A stretch of DNA of 64,000 nucleotides from the human T2T-CHM13v2.0 reference genome, Homo sapiens (GCF_009914755.1 NC_060937.1), one strand, 5' to 3'. Counted from the first letter of the stretch, positions 29,575-44,040 are shown. Program-made: numbers and translations. The notes: generated from the letters alone by a model not told the origin.

Positions 29575-29826
29575 CATTACTTTGCCATTGAATCTTCTGC
29601 TTCCATCTTCCATCTTTTAAAGACCCTGTGATTATATCGGGCCCACCTGAATAATCCAGGATACTTTTCCTGTTTTTAAGGTCAGCTGGTTAGCAACTTT
29701 AATTCTATCTGCAAGTTTGATTAGCTTTGTCCATGTAACGTAACGTAGTCACACGTTCTGGGGATCACGATGAACATCTTTACACGTTTGTCGGGGCAGG
29801 GTGCAGGCATTATTCTGCCTACCACT
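29575..29826 (-). mobile_element. MLT1C/D LTR, part 2
   Basis: gggcccacctgaataatccaggata...aaggtcagctggttagcaac...cattattctgcctaccac. Confidence 0.8.
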
Positions 29827-30302
29827 CTTGCTTAGAGGTATGTATGAACAATGTGTTTTCAGAACTGAATGACCTAGTTGGGCATAGTCATTCAGGCCTC
29901 CCTGTCTGTTTTGTTCAAGTTACTGTACAAGATGTCTAAAATTTGTGGCTGAGGTAGCAAAGGCAATATCATCTTTTTAAAAATTAAAGTCCTAAGTCCT
30001 TTTCTTTTATAATTTCTTGTGACTATTTTTCAAAATCTTCCCTTTATTTATAAAGTATTTTTCTCAGTTCAAAAGAAAACATTTGCTATGTCTTCATTTA
30101 AATAGTGATATTTTCCTTCCATAATCAGTTTATTTTTAAAAATTATTGGTTTCAAATTACTTTCTTTGGACACCACCCTGTGCTACTATAAATTATCATC
30201 AAATATATGTTAAATACCAAGCCAAGAATGATCAAACTCCTAGACATAGACTAGGAGAAGTTTTACCATATTGAATGTATGCCATTTTATGTATTTTTAG
30301 TT

Positions 30303-30490
30303 TAATTGTGAGCTTCTCAAGGGCAGGGCATGAATTTTTGTGCTGATTTTTCTCATTCCATACACACAGTAGAATATTTCTTCATAATTGTGAGTTTCTC
30401 AAGGGTAGGAGCTGAGTTTTTGTGATTATTCTTCTCATTCTCTACATATAGCATAATGTTAAGCACATGCTATATGCTCAAAAATGCTGA
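30303..30490 (+). repeat. ~82-bp diverged tandem duplication of an L2-like 3' end
   Basis: taattgtgag(c/t)ttctcaaggg(c/t)agg...tttttgtg...tctcattc at 30303 and 30385. Confidence 0.7.
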
Positions 30491-31099
30491 CTGTATACAT
30501 GACTACACAATATATTCTGTTTTCCTAGACTTTTGTATATATAAAGATTTGATTTCAAAATGGAAAGTTTTGGAGTTTTCAGTTTAAAAGGTGCAATAGC
30601 CTGAGAAATCATTAGAAAGCAGAAAAATTATAAACCTTTTATACTTCAGTGTCATGGTAGGTTCCTTGGAATGCAAATCTCTGTCAAACCACTTTTCAAT
30701 GGTTGCTGGAGTGGACAGGGGAGGGGGCAGGATGGCTAGACATTATTTCTGCGAAGTGTCATAAGCTCCTTCCATTGTTTGTAATCCACATGGGCTCCTG
30801 TTTTCCCAGACTGGTTCATGGTGACTTAATGTTTCCATGGAAACTAGATGTGAAGATTCCCTGCCATTTCTTAGCCATGGCTACCCTATTGACGTGTCTT
30901 CCCTCTTCAGAGCTTCTGTACCTCAGGAGGTAGTTATTTGCACTCCCAGAAAATTTTCACCAAGGCCCTGTGCTTGCCATCTCTTAGTTCACTTCCTGAC
31001 ACCACATTCTGAAATTGAGATGTTGGAACGACTCTCTGACCTTCTCTGCTGCCTAGCAGTTGTCATTTCTGTTCTTTCCATCTCTCTTTGTATCCAGAA

Positions 31100-31560
31100 T
31101 CATAAATCAGACTCTGGTATGTCATGAATCCTGGATACATAAATCTGTATATCTGCAATCTGCCCAGTTCCCACCACCTCTAGAGCTATCACTGCAGCCA
31201 AAGCCACACCATTTCTCACTTAGACAATCCTGATAGTCTCCCAACATACCCTTGTCCCCCTACAACGTATAGTCAGCTGAGCAGCCAGAGCTACCCTTTG
31301 CATACGAAATCAGAAAATTTACTTCTCTACTTAAAACCCAGCAATAGGTGTTTTTCATTTATTTCAGGGTAAATCTTTGCAAGAGCCTGCAAGGGCCCAT
31401 CTAGCCTGGCCCTGTTACTGCTCTGAGCTTTGAAATAGGGTAAGAGCTCCTAGAAGCCATGGCCGTGTCCTCCTCCTCTTTATAGCATCAGCATTTTGCG
31501 CACTGCCTGGTAAACAGAGCTTAACTATGCTTCTTTAAGTGCTTTCTTGAATACATACCT
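31100..31560 (+). mobile_element. L2 fragment
   Basis: aagccacaccatttctcacttagac; gcagccagag; acttaaaaccc; tail gcactgcctgg. Confidence 0.6.
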
Positions 31561-32460
31561 CAAATTTTTAGGGATGAGTTAGTTTCCAATGGTCTTCCTG
31601 CATCATTCCCTCTATCTTTGTCTGACAAGAGACATCTTGAGCTGTGAGGAATCAGGGCTGATGATGATCTCACAGCCATGTGCAAGAGTGACCAAGGCCC
31701 AAGAATCAAGCCCTGAATCTGGCAGTGACCAGTTAAACAACTGCCAGCCATTTGACTTCACAGTATACTTATTCCTATTTTTGATTTAACATTAATATTT
31801 CAGCTGAAGTTATCTTGCAAATATTAATTATTTTTCATGTAAGGAGCAAATTCTCCTTTATGGCACTACAATATCACTAACACATTGCTAGTAAAATTAT
31901 TAATATATTTTCACTTGGTACTTGGTTAAAAAACATTAATGTCATATAATGTTACATTTCTTATTATCTTGTTACTCAAATCTCAGTAATGTAATAGTGT
32001 CTTAGAGCAATAGGCTGTATCTTAGTTATGTAAATACCATAAACCCAATGGAATGGAAATCCACATTTTACTAGAAATTATCAAAATAGAAACTTTTCAA
32101 AAATTATGTACTGAAGCAGTTACTTGAAACTGTATATTGTGGAAGATTTATATTTAAAAAGTTTAAAGTATTTCAACATACTGGCCCAACTTTCCTCCGT
32201 TGTGAAAAGCATGTAAATATTTATACATTAAATGGTGTGGGGTAAAAGTATTGTTACAGTAAATGTATTGATCATGTAGATATTTATTTTACCTTTGTAA
32301 TATACATTTAAAAATTCTTGGCAGCTTGGAACTTGAGGAAACAGACTATTTATCCCTTTGTCTTGAAAGATTCCTTTTTCTTTAAATTTTATATAAAAGA
32401 AGGAAAAAGGACTTAACATAAGCTCCCTAAAACAGTTTCAACAGCTTTATTGAGATATAA

Positions 32461-32882
<422 letters not shown>

Positions 32883-33934
32883 TAGATTGATCTATTCTTG
32901 ACATTTCATATAAACGGGACTATACAATATATAATTTTTTGTGACTGGCTTCTTGCACTTAGCATAATGTGTTCAGGGTTCATTCATTTTGTGACATGTA
33001 TCATCAGTATTTGATTCATTTTTATTGTCTAAAAATATCCTATTTGTTGAGGGACACTTGGGTTGTCCCAGTATTTGGGCTATTATTAAAAGTGCTTCTT
33101 CAACATTCCTGTAAAAGTTTTTGTGTGGTATGTTTTCATTTGTCTTGTTTGTATTACCTAGCAGTGGAGTTGCTTGGTCATGTAACTCTATGTTTAACCT
33201 TTCAAGTTTCTGCCAGACTGTTTCCAAAGTGGCTACAATATTTTGCATTCTCACCAGCAATGTACCAGTTGCAATTTACATCCTTGTTAACACTTATTAT
33301 TGGCAATCCTTTTGTTTACAACCAACCTAGTGGGTGTAAAATGGTATCTAGTTGTGGTTTTGATTTACATTTCCCCAATGACTAATAATGGTGAACAACA
33401 TTTTATGAGCTTATTGTCCATTTCTACAACCTCTTTGGAGAAATGTCTACTCAGATCCTTCACCCATTTTTTAAATTGGGTGATCATTTTTAAAATTATA
33501 GAGTTCTAAGAATTCCTTAAATATTCCAGGTAGAAATCTAAATACATAATTTTCAATATTAATATTTTATCCCCATTCTGTTCATTGTCATTTTCCCCTT
33601 AATAGTATTGTTTGAAGCACAAAAGCTTTTAGTTTTGATGAAGCTTATTTTATCTATTTTTGGCTTTGTCTAACCCAAGGTCACAAGGATTTGTTCTTAT
33701 ATTTTCTTGTATAAGCTTTATAATTTTACCTTTTACTTATAGGTCTATAATCCATTTTGAATTAATTGTTCTGTATGATATGAGGAAGGAATCCAACTTC
33801 ATTCTTTTGCATATGGAAATCCAGTTGTCCCTGCATTGCTTGTGAAAAGACTGTTCTATCCCCACTGAATTGTTTTGGCACTCTTGTCACAATCCATTGA
33901 CCATAAAAGTAAAGTATTCTTTCTGGACTCTATA

Positions 33935-34050
33935 TAGATGGGGTTTCACCATGTTGCCCAGGCTGGTCTTGCACTCCTGAGCTCAAGTGATCCACCTGCC
34001 TCGGCTTCTCAGAGGGCTGGGATTACAGGAGTGAGCCACTGTGCCTGGTC
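33935..34050 (-). mobile_element. AluJ left arm / FLAM fragment
   Basis: gggtttcaccatgttgcccaggctggtcttgcactcctgagctcaagtgatcc; ctctat on both flanks. Confidence 0.85.
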
Positions 34051-35270
34051 TCTATTCTATTCCATGGATCCACATGTCTATCCTTATGCCAGTATCAGAC
34101 TGCCTTGGTTATCGTAGCTTTACAATAAGTATTGAAGTCAGTAAGTGTAAGTTCTGCAATCTTTTTCAAGATTGTTATAGCTCTTCTAGGTCTCTTGGAT
34201 TTCCGTATACTTTTCTCCAAACAGTTTAAGTTCATTTCATACACAATAGATAATACATTTGAATATCTATCATTTCATGAAAGAGTCTTGGTAGTTCTTA
34301 AGTTTTTTTGAACAGATTACCCAGTTCACTGCCTGTCTTCAATGGAAAACACAGTATGTCAAGCTTGCTGAGATTTACATTAGAGTTTCCAAGGAGTCAG
34401 AATTAATTTTCAGACAACTAATCTATCATTTATTACTCATATTAAGTCTCTCTCATATCTTATTATTTCTCACTAAGCTCTTTTTATCAAACAGGAATTG
34501 TGCCTGCCACACTCGTTATGAGAGTTCAGGTCCTCTTCTAAGATACTCTAGATCAGTGCCTTGTGTCATTTTGTTATTTTTCTGTAGTTTATATTTAGCC
34601 AGTCAATGATTTTTTGAACCTGTCTTTATATTTTTAAAAAAATTTGGCCCTACATGAATGTCTCATAATGCTAACTCTGAAAAACATCAAATTTCAAAAG
34701 TATATCTGTTTCTAAAATTGTTTCTAGAGGAAATGGAAAGGTAGTTTATAATGGAGGAAATCTAGGACATCTTTACTCATATAATGAAAACAGCTTTACT
34801 TCTTTTGATTAACACGATAATTGTTTGCCATCTCTATATAGTTATAAAGATGTCATAGCTAAAAATAATAACTTACCCTTTACTTTGCAAATAAAACACT
34901 GAAATTAATAACTCTGGGTATTTCAAGAGAATGGAAAATAGCACATGGTGTGTGTTGTTTTATGCTGCTTAAATTAGTGAAAGGCAAAATTCTCTCTGGA
35001 AAAGACTTCTCTAAATAAGTAAAGCAATTATTTAAAAATAATTGTTCTTTTTCAAAGCTTAAGTGTGAAAGAAGGAATAGCTGTGCAGAGGTAAGAACAT
35101 ATAGCAATTGGTTAAAACACATAATCAAAGAAAGAGGGTTTTTTAAAATCACTCTCTGATGATGACTTTGACTTTTCTTTTGTTTGTATTAATTTATAAA
35201 AGAGTTGTTTTTTCCTTGGCTCTCTCAAAAAATATTTCATTATTCTCAACCAAATATAAATTGTTTACTT

Positions 35271-35405
35271 AGAGCAGTGCTTCAAAAATTTTAATGTTCA
35301 TATCAGTGACCAAATAGTTTTATTAAGATACAGACTCTGATTCAAGATGACTGAGGTGAGGTCTGAGCATCTGCATTTTTAACAAGCCCACAGGTGATGC
35401 CAGCA
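35271..35405. mobile_element. MER5-type hAT-Charlie DNA transposon fragment
   Basis: cagactctgattca...ctgaggtgaggtctgagcatctgcatttttaacaagcccacaggtgatgc. Confidence 0.7.
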
Positions 35406-36347
35406 TGGTAGGCAGCAAGAACATAAAAGGATAAATGATTCCAAGAACTCACCTTTCATAATTAGACATGTGTATCTTGAGAAGATTCTACAAGTTCTAT
35501 AATATATTACCTCTATTAAACTGTTTATGTGTCTTTTAGGAATAAATTGGGCATACAAGATAGTATTTATTGATTTTTAAACACAAAGAGTAGCATCTGC
35601 CAGGATTCTGTACTTTTTTCCATTTAATATATATTGGAGAAAGTTGAAGTCATTTTCTTTCTTCCAAACTACTTTCTAAATCACTGGTGCTTATGGAAAG
35701 GTAAGCTATTAAATTTGTCTTTGAATAATGTAACCAGCTAGCCTCTTGGATTCTGTTATTTTTTATGATTTTTTTTCCATTCAATTCTCTAGAAGTTTTC
35801 AGTTGTATTATATCAACCTCAAATAAAGATAATTTTATTTTCTCCTTTCAATATTTATATACTATTTATTATTTTATTGTTTTGGGTATTAATTATAGAA
35901 AAATATTAAATTGTAGTGATGATAAAGGTAACTTTGTCTTATATTTGACTTGAATGGGAATGCTTCTGCTTTTCATTTTAGGCATGACACTGAATTTAGG
36001 AATTCTCCCAATAAATAGCTCTATGTTCTGTCTCTGTCATCTCTTTCACCCCCTCTCTTTCTCTCTCTCTCTCCCTCTCATGTGTGTCTTTGTGTATGTA
36101 TATTTATGTGTATATGCATATGAATGGATTTATATTTGTATAGAAATATTAAATATGCATCTATTCCTTTATATTATAAATGCTTAAAACTAAGATTGAA
36201 TATTGCATTTTGTTGAATGACTTTCCAGCATATGGAAATAGTTTCTCTTAAATATAATATTCTGTTGAATTATATATTTCATAATAGTGAACCTTTTTTC
36301 ATCCTCTTTATGTACTCTACTTGGTCATAGGATAATGCTGACCTTTT

Positions 36348-37755
36348 GTTAATAATTGTATTGAGGTAAAATTCATATACAACAAACTGCATATGTATTA
36401 AATATACAATTTCACAAAACTTGAAAAATGTATACACCTGTGAAAACCATCATCACAATCAAGATATAAAACATTTACTTTCCATTGAAAAGTTTTCTCA
36501 TGTGTCTTCAAAATTCACTGTTCCCTCCACCCCTGATTCCAAGCAACTGCTGATCTGCTCTCTTTATACATTTGTTTTCATTGTTAGAATTTTATATTTT
36601 ATATAAATGAAAACATATAGTATGTATACTTTTCTGTCTGCTTCTTTCACTTGACATTATGCTTTTGAAATTAATTTATTTTGTTGTGTCTACAAGTAGT
36701 TCAGTCTTGCTTATTGTTGAGTAGTGTTCACTGTATGAATGTACTATATTTTTTTTACTCACATACCAGTGGATGAACATTCCCCCCTCGGTTGTGGTAA
36801 TTACAGACAAAATTGTTATGAGCATTCATGTACAAGTCTTTATGTAAACATAGACTGTTCTATTCTTAAGTAATTACCTACGAGTTATATAGCTGGTAAC
36901 ATTATGGGTGTATATTTACATTTTTTGAAATTGCCCGACTATTTTTCAGAAAGGTTGCACCATTTTATTTCCACCAGTAAAGTATAAAATCAACATTTTT
37001 GCCATCTCTTGATGGCCTGGGTTTTTTTTTTTTTAATTTTAGTATTTCCAATAGGTGAGTTAGTAGTATCTCACTGTGGATTTAGTTTACATTTCCTGAT
37101 GACACCGAACATCTTTTCATGTGTACATTTTGGCCACTTGTAAACTGAATTTTCAGAAATATCTGTTCAAAAATATTTTACTTGCTATTGTATTGATTCA
37201 TTCTTATTATTATTGAGGCTTAAGAGTTATTTAAATGTGCTATTTAAATATTCTGGATATAAGTCCTTTGTGTTATATATAATTTGCAAAGATTTTTCTC
37301 CTAGTTTATGAGTGGCTTTTTCACTTTTTAACTCTTTCAAATAATTATTTTTTAAATCTTTGTATAACATTCAATTTATTGATTTTTAGATATTTTTGTG
37401 GTCTGAGTGTTCTACCTAAAACACTTTTTCCTATCTCAAAGTTGCAAAGGTTTTTCTGATATTTTTTCTTCTAGATTCTCTATAGTTTTAACTTTATATT
37501 TAAGTACATCATCAATTTATAGTCAATTTTTGTATATGGTGCAAAGTAAAAGTTGATTTTTTTTTTCCAAATAGGTAACTAATCATTCCAACGCTGTTTG
37601 CTAAGAAGACTTTCCTTTCCCCATGAAATTCTCCCACCAATATTGTTGATCATATAGATTTAGCGCCATTTTTGAGTTCTCTAGTCCATCTCATTTATCT
37701 CTATGTATATTTTCCACCAATACAAAATTATTTCAGTTGCTAGAGCTTTCTCATA
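36348..37755 (-). mobile_element. Old L1M (MB8/ME-like) 3' region; continues after Tigger1 at 40038-40400
   Basis: ttgtattgaggtaaaattcatatacaa; ttctggatataagtcctttg; resumes ttgaaatcaggtagtctaagacctccaac. Confidence 0.8.
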
Positions 37756-40035
37756 CAGACATACCAAGTTTTATTGCCCTTCACTTTATTGCACTTTACA
37801 AATACTGTGTTTTGCTTCTCTCACTCTCTCTCTCTCTCTTTTTTTTTTTTTTGTATAAATAGCTAAGAAAGAGAAGACTGCTCCTGGTTTCAGAGTTTTA
37901 GAGGACAGGCTAACTATTTTTTGAGGAACTAAGGCAGCTGTTGATTTTTAAGTTGAAATTAATGCTTATTCTGAAGGTTTGTGGCAATGCTACATCGAGC
38001 AACTTTATCAATACCATTTTTCCAACAGTATGTGCTTACTTCTTGTCTGTGTGCCACATTTTGATATTTTTACTATATTTCAAACTTTTCCTCATTATTT
38101 AATTTGTTATGGTAATCTGTGATCAGTGACTTTTGATGTTACTATTGTAATTATTTGGGGGCACCATGAACTATGCCCATATCAGTAAGGTGGCCAACCT
38201 AACAGATAAATGTAGTGTGTGTTCTGACTGCTCCACTGAATGGCTGTTCTCCCAACTCTGTTCTTTTCCTCAGGCTTCCCTATTTTCTGAGATACTACAT
38301 AATAGAAATTAGCCCAATTAATAATCCAATAATAGCCTGTAAGTGTTCAAGTGAAAGGAAGAATTGCATGTCTCTCAGTTTAAATCAAAAGCTAGAACTA
38401 ATTAATCTTGGTGAGAAGAATACGTTGAAAGCCAAGACATGCTAAAAGCTAGGACTCTTTCACCAAACAGCAGAGATGCGAATGCAAAGGATAAGTTCTT
38501 GAGGGAAATTAAAAGTGTTTATCCAGTGAACACACGAATGATAAGAAAGTGAAACAGCCTTATTGCTGACATGGAAGTTTTAGGGGTCTGGATAGAAGAC
38601 AAACTAGCCGCAGTATTCTCTTAAGCCAAAGCCTAGGCCAGAGCAAAACTCTGACTCTCTTCAATGCTATGAAGGGTAAGAGAGGTGAAAAAGCTGCAGA
38701 AGTTTTCAAAGCTAGCAGAGGTTGATTCATAAGGTTTTAAAAAAGAAGCTGTCTCCATAACACAAAAGTGCAAGGTGAAGCAGCAAGCAGTGATGTAGAA
38801 GTTGCAGCAAGTTATCCAGAAGATCCAGATAAGATAATTAATGATGGCAGGCAAAGTAGATAACAGATTTTTAATATAGACAAAATAGACTTTTCCTAGA
38901 AGAAGATGCCATCTAGGTCTTTCATAGCTGGTTTCAAAGTTGCAGAGGTCAGGCTATCTTTTCAGGGGCTAATGCAACTGTTGATTTTTAAGTTGAAGTT
39001 AATGCTTAATCTGAAAATTCTAGGGCACTTCAGGGTGATGCTAAATCTACTCCACCTGTGTGCCATCAATGGTACAACAAAGCCCGGATGACAGAACATG
39101 TTTACAGCATGGTTTCCTGAATATTTTAAGCCAAATGTTGAGACCTACTACTCAAAAGAGGGATTCATTTCAAAATGAATTACTGTTCATTAACAATGCA
39201 CCTGACCACTCAGGAACTCTGATGGGGATGTACAAAGAGATTAATTTTGCTTTTATGCAATGATAACACAACATCTATTCTGTAGCCCATGGATCAAGGG
39301 GCTACAGTTAATTCAGTGGAGGAAATAACTGCAGATGTGGAAGTAGCAAGAGAACTGGAATAAGAAGTAGATGTGACTGAATTGCTGCAATCTCATCATA
39401 ATATTTGAATAGACAAAAAGTGTTTTTTATGGAAGAGCAAAGAAAGCAGTTTCTTGAGTTGGAATCTACTCCTGGTGAGGATGTTGTGAACGTTTTTAAA
39501 AGGATAACAAAGGATTTAGTTTAGACTGTTATATAAACTTAGTTGACAAAGCAGTGGCAGGGTTTGAGAGGACTGATTACATTTTTTAAAGTTCTACTGT
39601 GGGTAAAATGCCATAAAACAGCATCACATGCTACAGAGACTTCTTTTGTAAAAAGAGGAGTCAATCAATGTGACAAACTTCACTATTGTCATATTGTTAA
39701 AAATTACCACAGCCATCCCAATGTTCAGCAGCAACCACTGTGATCAGTCAGCAGCCATCAACATCGAGGCAAGACCCTCCACAAGCAAAAAGATTATGAC
39801 TTGCTGAAGGCTCAGATGGCAGTTAGCAATTTTTTAGCAATAAAGTAATTTTTAATTAAGGCATGCACATTTTTAGACATAATGCTACTGCACACTTAAT
39901 AGACCACAGTATAGTGTAAACATAATTTTTATATGCACTTGGGAAACAAAAAAAAAATTTGACTAGCTTTATTGTGATATTTGCTTTATTGCAGTGGTCT
40001 GGAACTGAACCCTCAATATCTCCAAGCTATTCCTG
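37756..40035 (+). mobile_element. Tigger1 DNA transposon (TcMar), near full length, transposase decayed
   Basis: Termini cagacatacc...gctattcctg with TA duplication (37754-55, 40036-37); Tigger1 motifs ttaaatcaaaagctagaa, gaagaagatgccatctagg, gcccatggatcaagg. Confidence 0.93.
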
Positions 40036-40776
40036 TATACATTGAAATCAGGTAGTCTAAGACCTCCAACATTACACTTTCTTTGGAAATTGTTTTGTCT
40101 CTTCTAGATGATTTGCACCTCCATATCAAGTTTTCAATCTCCTTGTCTCTTTCTATCTAAAAATCTTCAACAATTTTGAGTAGATTGCACAAAATCTATA
40201 CATCAGTTAGGGGAGAATTTAAACCTCAACAATAAATCTTTCAGTCAGTAAATATGCTGTCCATTTATATATGTGTTTTAAAATTTTACTCAGAAAAGTT
40301 TTTAGTGTTTAATATAGAGCTCTTCCATATATTTTGTTGGATTTGGACTTCTTTTTATTATCTTTTGCCACTACTATAGATGGAATTTTTTAATTATTTT
40401 AGAATTCCATTTTATTAATATCTCTACTATGGGCATATTTGCTATATTACTTTGTTTTATAGTTGTTACTGGTTGATATAGGGTTTACAATATACCTCTG
40501 AAACCTACACAGTCTACCTCCAAATAATGACAGACCCCTTCATGTATAGGTTAACTACCTTGAACCTGTAAGCCTCAATTCTTCTCTTCACATTCTGTGT
40601 ACATTTTACTCCCACATATGCTTCATAATACATGTTATTTTTGCTTTAAACAATCAGTTATCTTTTAGAAGAGATTAAGAAGGAGAAAAATGTTTTGTTT
40701 ACCAATGTGTTTGTTATTTCCAGTGGCTCTTTTTGACCCTTTATTTTTTGTGTGGAGCCAAATTACCTTTTGGTAT

Positions 40777-41417
40777 TGTCAAGGGCTCAGAGCTCCGGAG
40801 ATCTATGCCTCCAGGTGTTAGAGTAGCAGGTTAAAACAATAAGACAAATAAAAATAGCAGTCAAGTCTTCATCACTCACTATAATAGTATCAGCAAGAAG
40901 AAAAATGGGAGAAAGTGTCAACTCCCCACACTATTTTATTTTCTCCCATGGAATGGTGTTCCACTAAGGGTCAGGCGGATCAGCATAGATGCAGAGTCAT
41001 CTCACTGCCAAGGGAGCCCTGGACAAAAAGCTCCTGCTATTTTGTGGAAGGGGTGGGGCAGGGGCAGGAGACAAGGAAGTGTTGGGGGGCAAAAGTACTG
41101 AGTAGTGAATTAGAGTGTAGAAAAGTGTCTTCCAGGTACCTCCCTGCAATGATAAGGAGATCTAGACAGGGGCGCCTAAGGAGGGCCTCAGCTGAAGATC
41201 CCCATAAAGAAGACACCAAAAGAAGGCACCTGGGCTAGGAACTCAGATAATATAACAGCATGGCCTGCCACGGGGGCCTGACTCCTTGTCGGCAGCTCCC
41301 TTCAGGGACTGAAATGCACTGGCTGTGCATTAAGCTAGGGAAAGCTCTAGTAATTGCCTATGGTCAGACTTGAAAAGAAATCACAGGTAGGTTTTTTACT
41401 GGGAGCTGGGCTTCTCA
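40777..41417. mobile_element. ERVL-type solo LTR (MER73/MER74-like), ~640 bp
   Basis: GC-richer block with TG...CA ends and 5-bp TSD ggtat/gctat that splits the L1 motif tggtatcattt; family assignment tentative. Confidence 0.65.
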
Positions 41418-42180
41418 GCTATCATTTTCTTCTGCCTGAAGAATGTCCTTTATGGTGCATGTCTGCTGGCAATAATTATCTCAACTTACAATTCTTTCAT
41501 TGGTCTTCACTTGAATGATGTTTTTACTGAGTCAGAAATTGGAGGTTAATAGATTTTCTTTTATACGTATAAAATGTTGCTCAACTATTGTCAAGCTTGC
41601 ATTGTCTCTGAAAAGAAGTCTGCTTTCATTCTTATCTTTGTCCCTTATTCTTATCCCTATTTTGGTCTTTTTTCTATGTTCGCTTTTAAGAATATTTTTC
41701 ATTATTACTAGTTTTCAGCTGCTATGTGATTTTGCTATGCCTAGGGATGATTTTCGTTACACGTTTACTCCACTTAAGGTTCGTGAAACTCTTTGGAGCT
41801 GTGGATTTATATTTTTAATCAAATTTGGAAAACTTTTAGCTACTATTTTTTGAATCACTTTTTTTCCTTTACCACCTCTTTCTTTCTGGAACTCCAATTA
41901 CATTTACGTTAGACTGCTTGATATTGTACCACAGTTCCCTAATACCATTTTTTCCATCTATTTTCTTTCTTTGTTTCATTTTGGATGGTTTCTATTGCTA
42001 TGTGTCCAGGTAAAATGACCTTTTCTTCTGCGGTGTCTAACTGCTATTCATCCCATGTGGTATATATACATATTTCAGATATCATATTTTCCAACTCTAC
42101 ATTTTCTATTTGGGACATTTTTGCCTTTCCTTTCTCCCTTCATCATGTTTATTTTTCCTCCACTTTTTAAAAGAATATGG

Positions 42181-42325
42181 AACATAACTATAATAATAAT
42201 TATTATAGTTATAATAACATAACTATAACTATAATATAATCATAACTGTAATAATTATTATATTTATATATAATAACTATAATTATTATTATTTTAGTTA
42301 TATATAATAACTATAATAATTATTA
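42181..42325. repeat. AT-rich low-complexity tract (TAA/TTA) adjoining an Alu tail
   Basis: Repeated taactataataat / attattatagtta units. Confidence 0.85.
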
Positions 42326-42617
42326 TTTTTTTGAGATGGAGTCTCACTCCATCACCCAAACTGGAGTGCAGTGGTACGATCTTGGCTCACTACATCCTCC
42401 GTCTTCCAGCTTCAAACGATTCTCGTGCCTCAGCCTCCTGAGTAGCTCTACTAAAACTACAAAAAATTAGCTGGGTATAGTGGCAGGTGCCTATAATCCC
42501 AGCTACACAGGTTTCGCCATGTTGGCCAGGCTGGTCTCAAATCCTGACCTCAGATGATCCACCCACCTTGGCCTCCCAAAGTGCAGGGATTACAGGTGTG
42601 AGCCACTGCACCCGGCC
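42322..42617 (-). mobile_element. AluS with internal ~60-bp inversion
   Basis: Reverse Alu, but 42446-42506 reads in forward Alu sense. Confidence 0.92.
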
Positions 42618-44001
42618 TAATAATTATCTTAACATTCTTCTTTGCTGGTTTTAAATATAATTTCTTTTATTTCTCAGTCAATTTTTATTGATTAATTTTT
42701 TTCTGATTATTTTCCTGCTTCTTTACATGTCTGGTAATATTTTTCCTGGATGCCAGCCATAGTGAATTTTATGGTTTTGGTCACTGGATTGTTGTATTTT
42801 TTTAAATACTGTTTGATTTTGTTTTGACACTCAGTTAAGTTAGTTGGAATCCATTGGACCCTTTCTGAGCTCTTCTTTAAGCTTTTTAAGTGTAGATCTA
42901 GAGAACCTATTATCTAAACCTAATTTAACCTAATCACCCTTCAGAAAATTCTGTCCAATGCCTCAGGTAAATTAAGCTGTGAGATTATGATCTAGTCCCA
43001 ATTCTGTGTGAGCTTCAGCTTCTCATTTGTAATAATTATTTCCTCTGTCTTGTGTAGTTTTCTTTCAGACATGTGCATATTAGTACTTAGTCAAAAACTC
43101 AAGACACTATGCAAGTATTTAAAACTCTCTCTTTGTTCATCTCCCTCATACCTCGTTGTCTGCCCCACCAATTCTAGCTAGCTACACTGGTTTTTTCTGC
43201 TCTCAACTCAATGTGACATCGAAGTTGTTTTTGGTTTTCTGTCTATACTGTAGATACAATGATAGGGCTCACATCAGTTGTTATTCTCTTCCTAGGGCCA
43301 GGGTCCTGTGTTCCATGTTGTCCAATATCTGGAAAACTACTGCTTCCTATATTTTGAATCGTTTTCTGGTTTTCTAAGAAGAGAAAGTATATTAGGATCT
43401 TGTTATTCTGTCATAACCAGAATGGAATTTTTAGAATTAGCTTCTAACTAATACATTGAAATCCTTATTACTAAAATGTTTTCTACAATTATATATGCAA
43501 GTGTTATTTGTTCTGTTGCTTTTGCCACTTTCCTTCAGGGAAATCAGTTATGAATATGTGAACTTTTGCTATATTTTTGTCTATATTTCATATCTATGTT
43601 TAATTTAATTTAATTTAAATTTTAATTTTGTTAATTTATATTTTCTCAACTTTCTCATCTGTGTTTATGCTCTTTTGCATTTTTGTTCTCATATGTGCTG
43701 CTTTAAGAGCTTTAAGTTTTGTCATTACTTTTTCTTTTCTACTTCTCTCTTCAACTCTTCTAGCATATTGTATTTCGCCTTATTCTTTTGTTCCACTCTG
43801 TCAGCCTTGAGCTTTCATATCCCTGTTCAAAAGATTTGTATTTTTGTTAAGTTATTTGAATTCATGAAACTATCAAAACATCACAAAATATAAAATAAAA
43901 TATATAATAGTCGGGCACTACGTTTATCTACTCAGTAGAAGCAGTCTTCTAATGACTATCCTACTTTTGCATGTTTCAGGTCTTTTATTGCTCCCTGCAG
44001 G

Positions 44002-44004
<3 letters not shown>

Positions 44005-44036
<32 letters not shown>
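44005..44036. repeat. (TG)16 microsatellite
   Basis: Direct reading. Confidence 0.97.

Positions 44037-44040
<4 letters not shown>

Larger units (their letters stand above)
40430..43420 (-). mobile_element. Old L1M 5'/ORF1-region fragments, interrupted by an LTR and an Alu
   Basis: tctgcctgaagaa, gtctgctggcaataa, atcaaatttggaaaa, tctggaactccaattta..gttagactgcttgatattgt. Confidence 0.7.

Noticed and set aside
38300-39750. Active or domesticated Tigger transposase
   Set aside because: Multiple stops, frameshifts and an internal deletion; only short ORFs remain.
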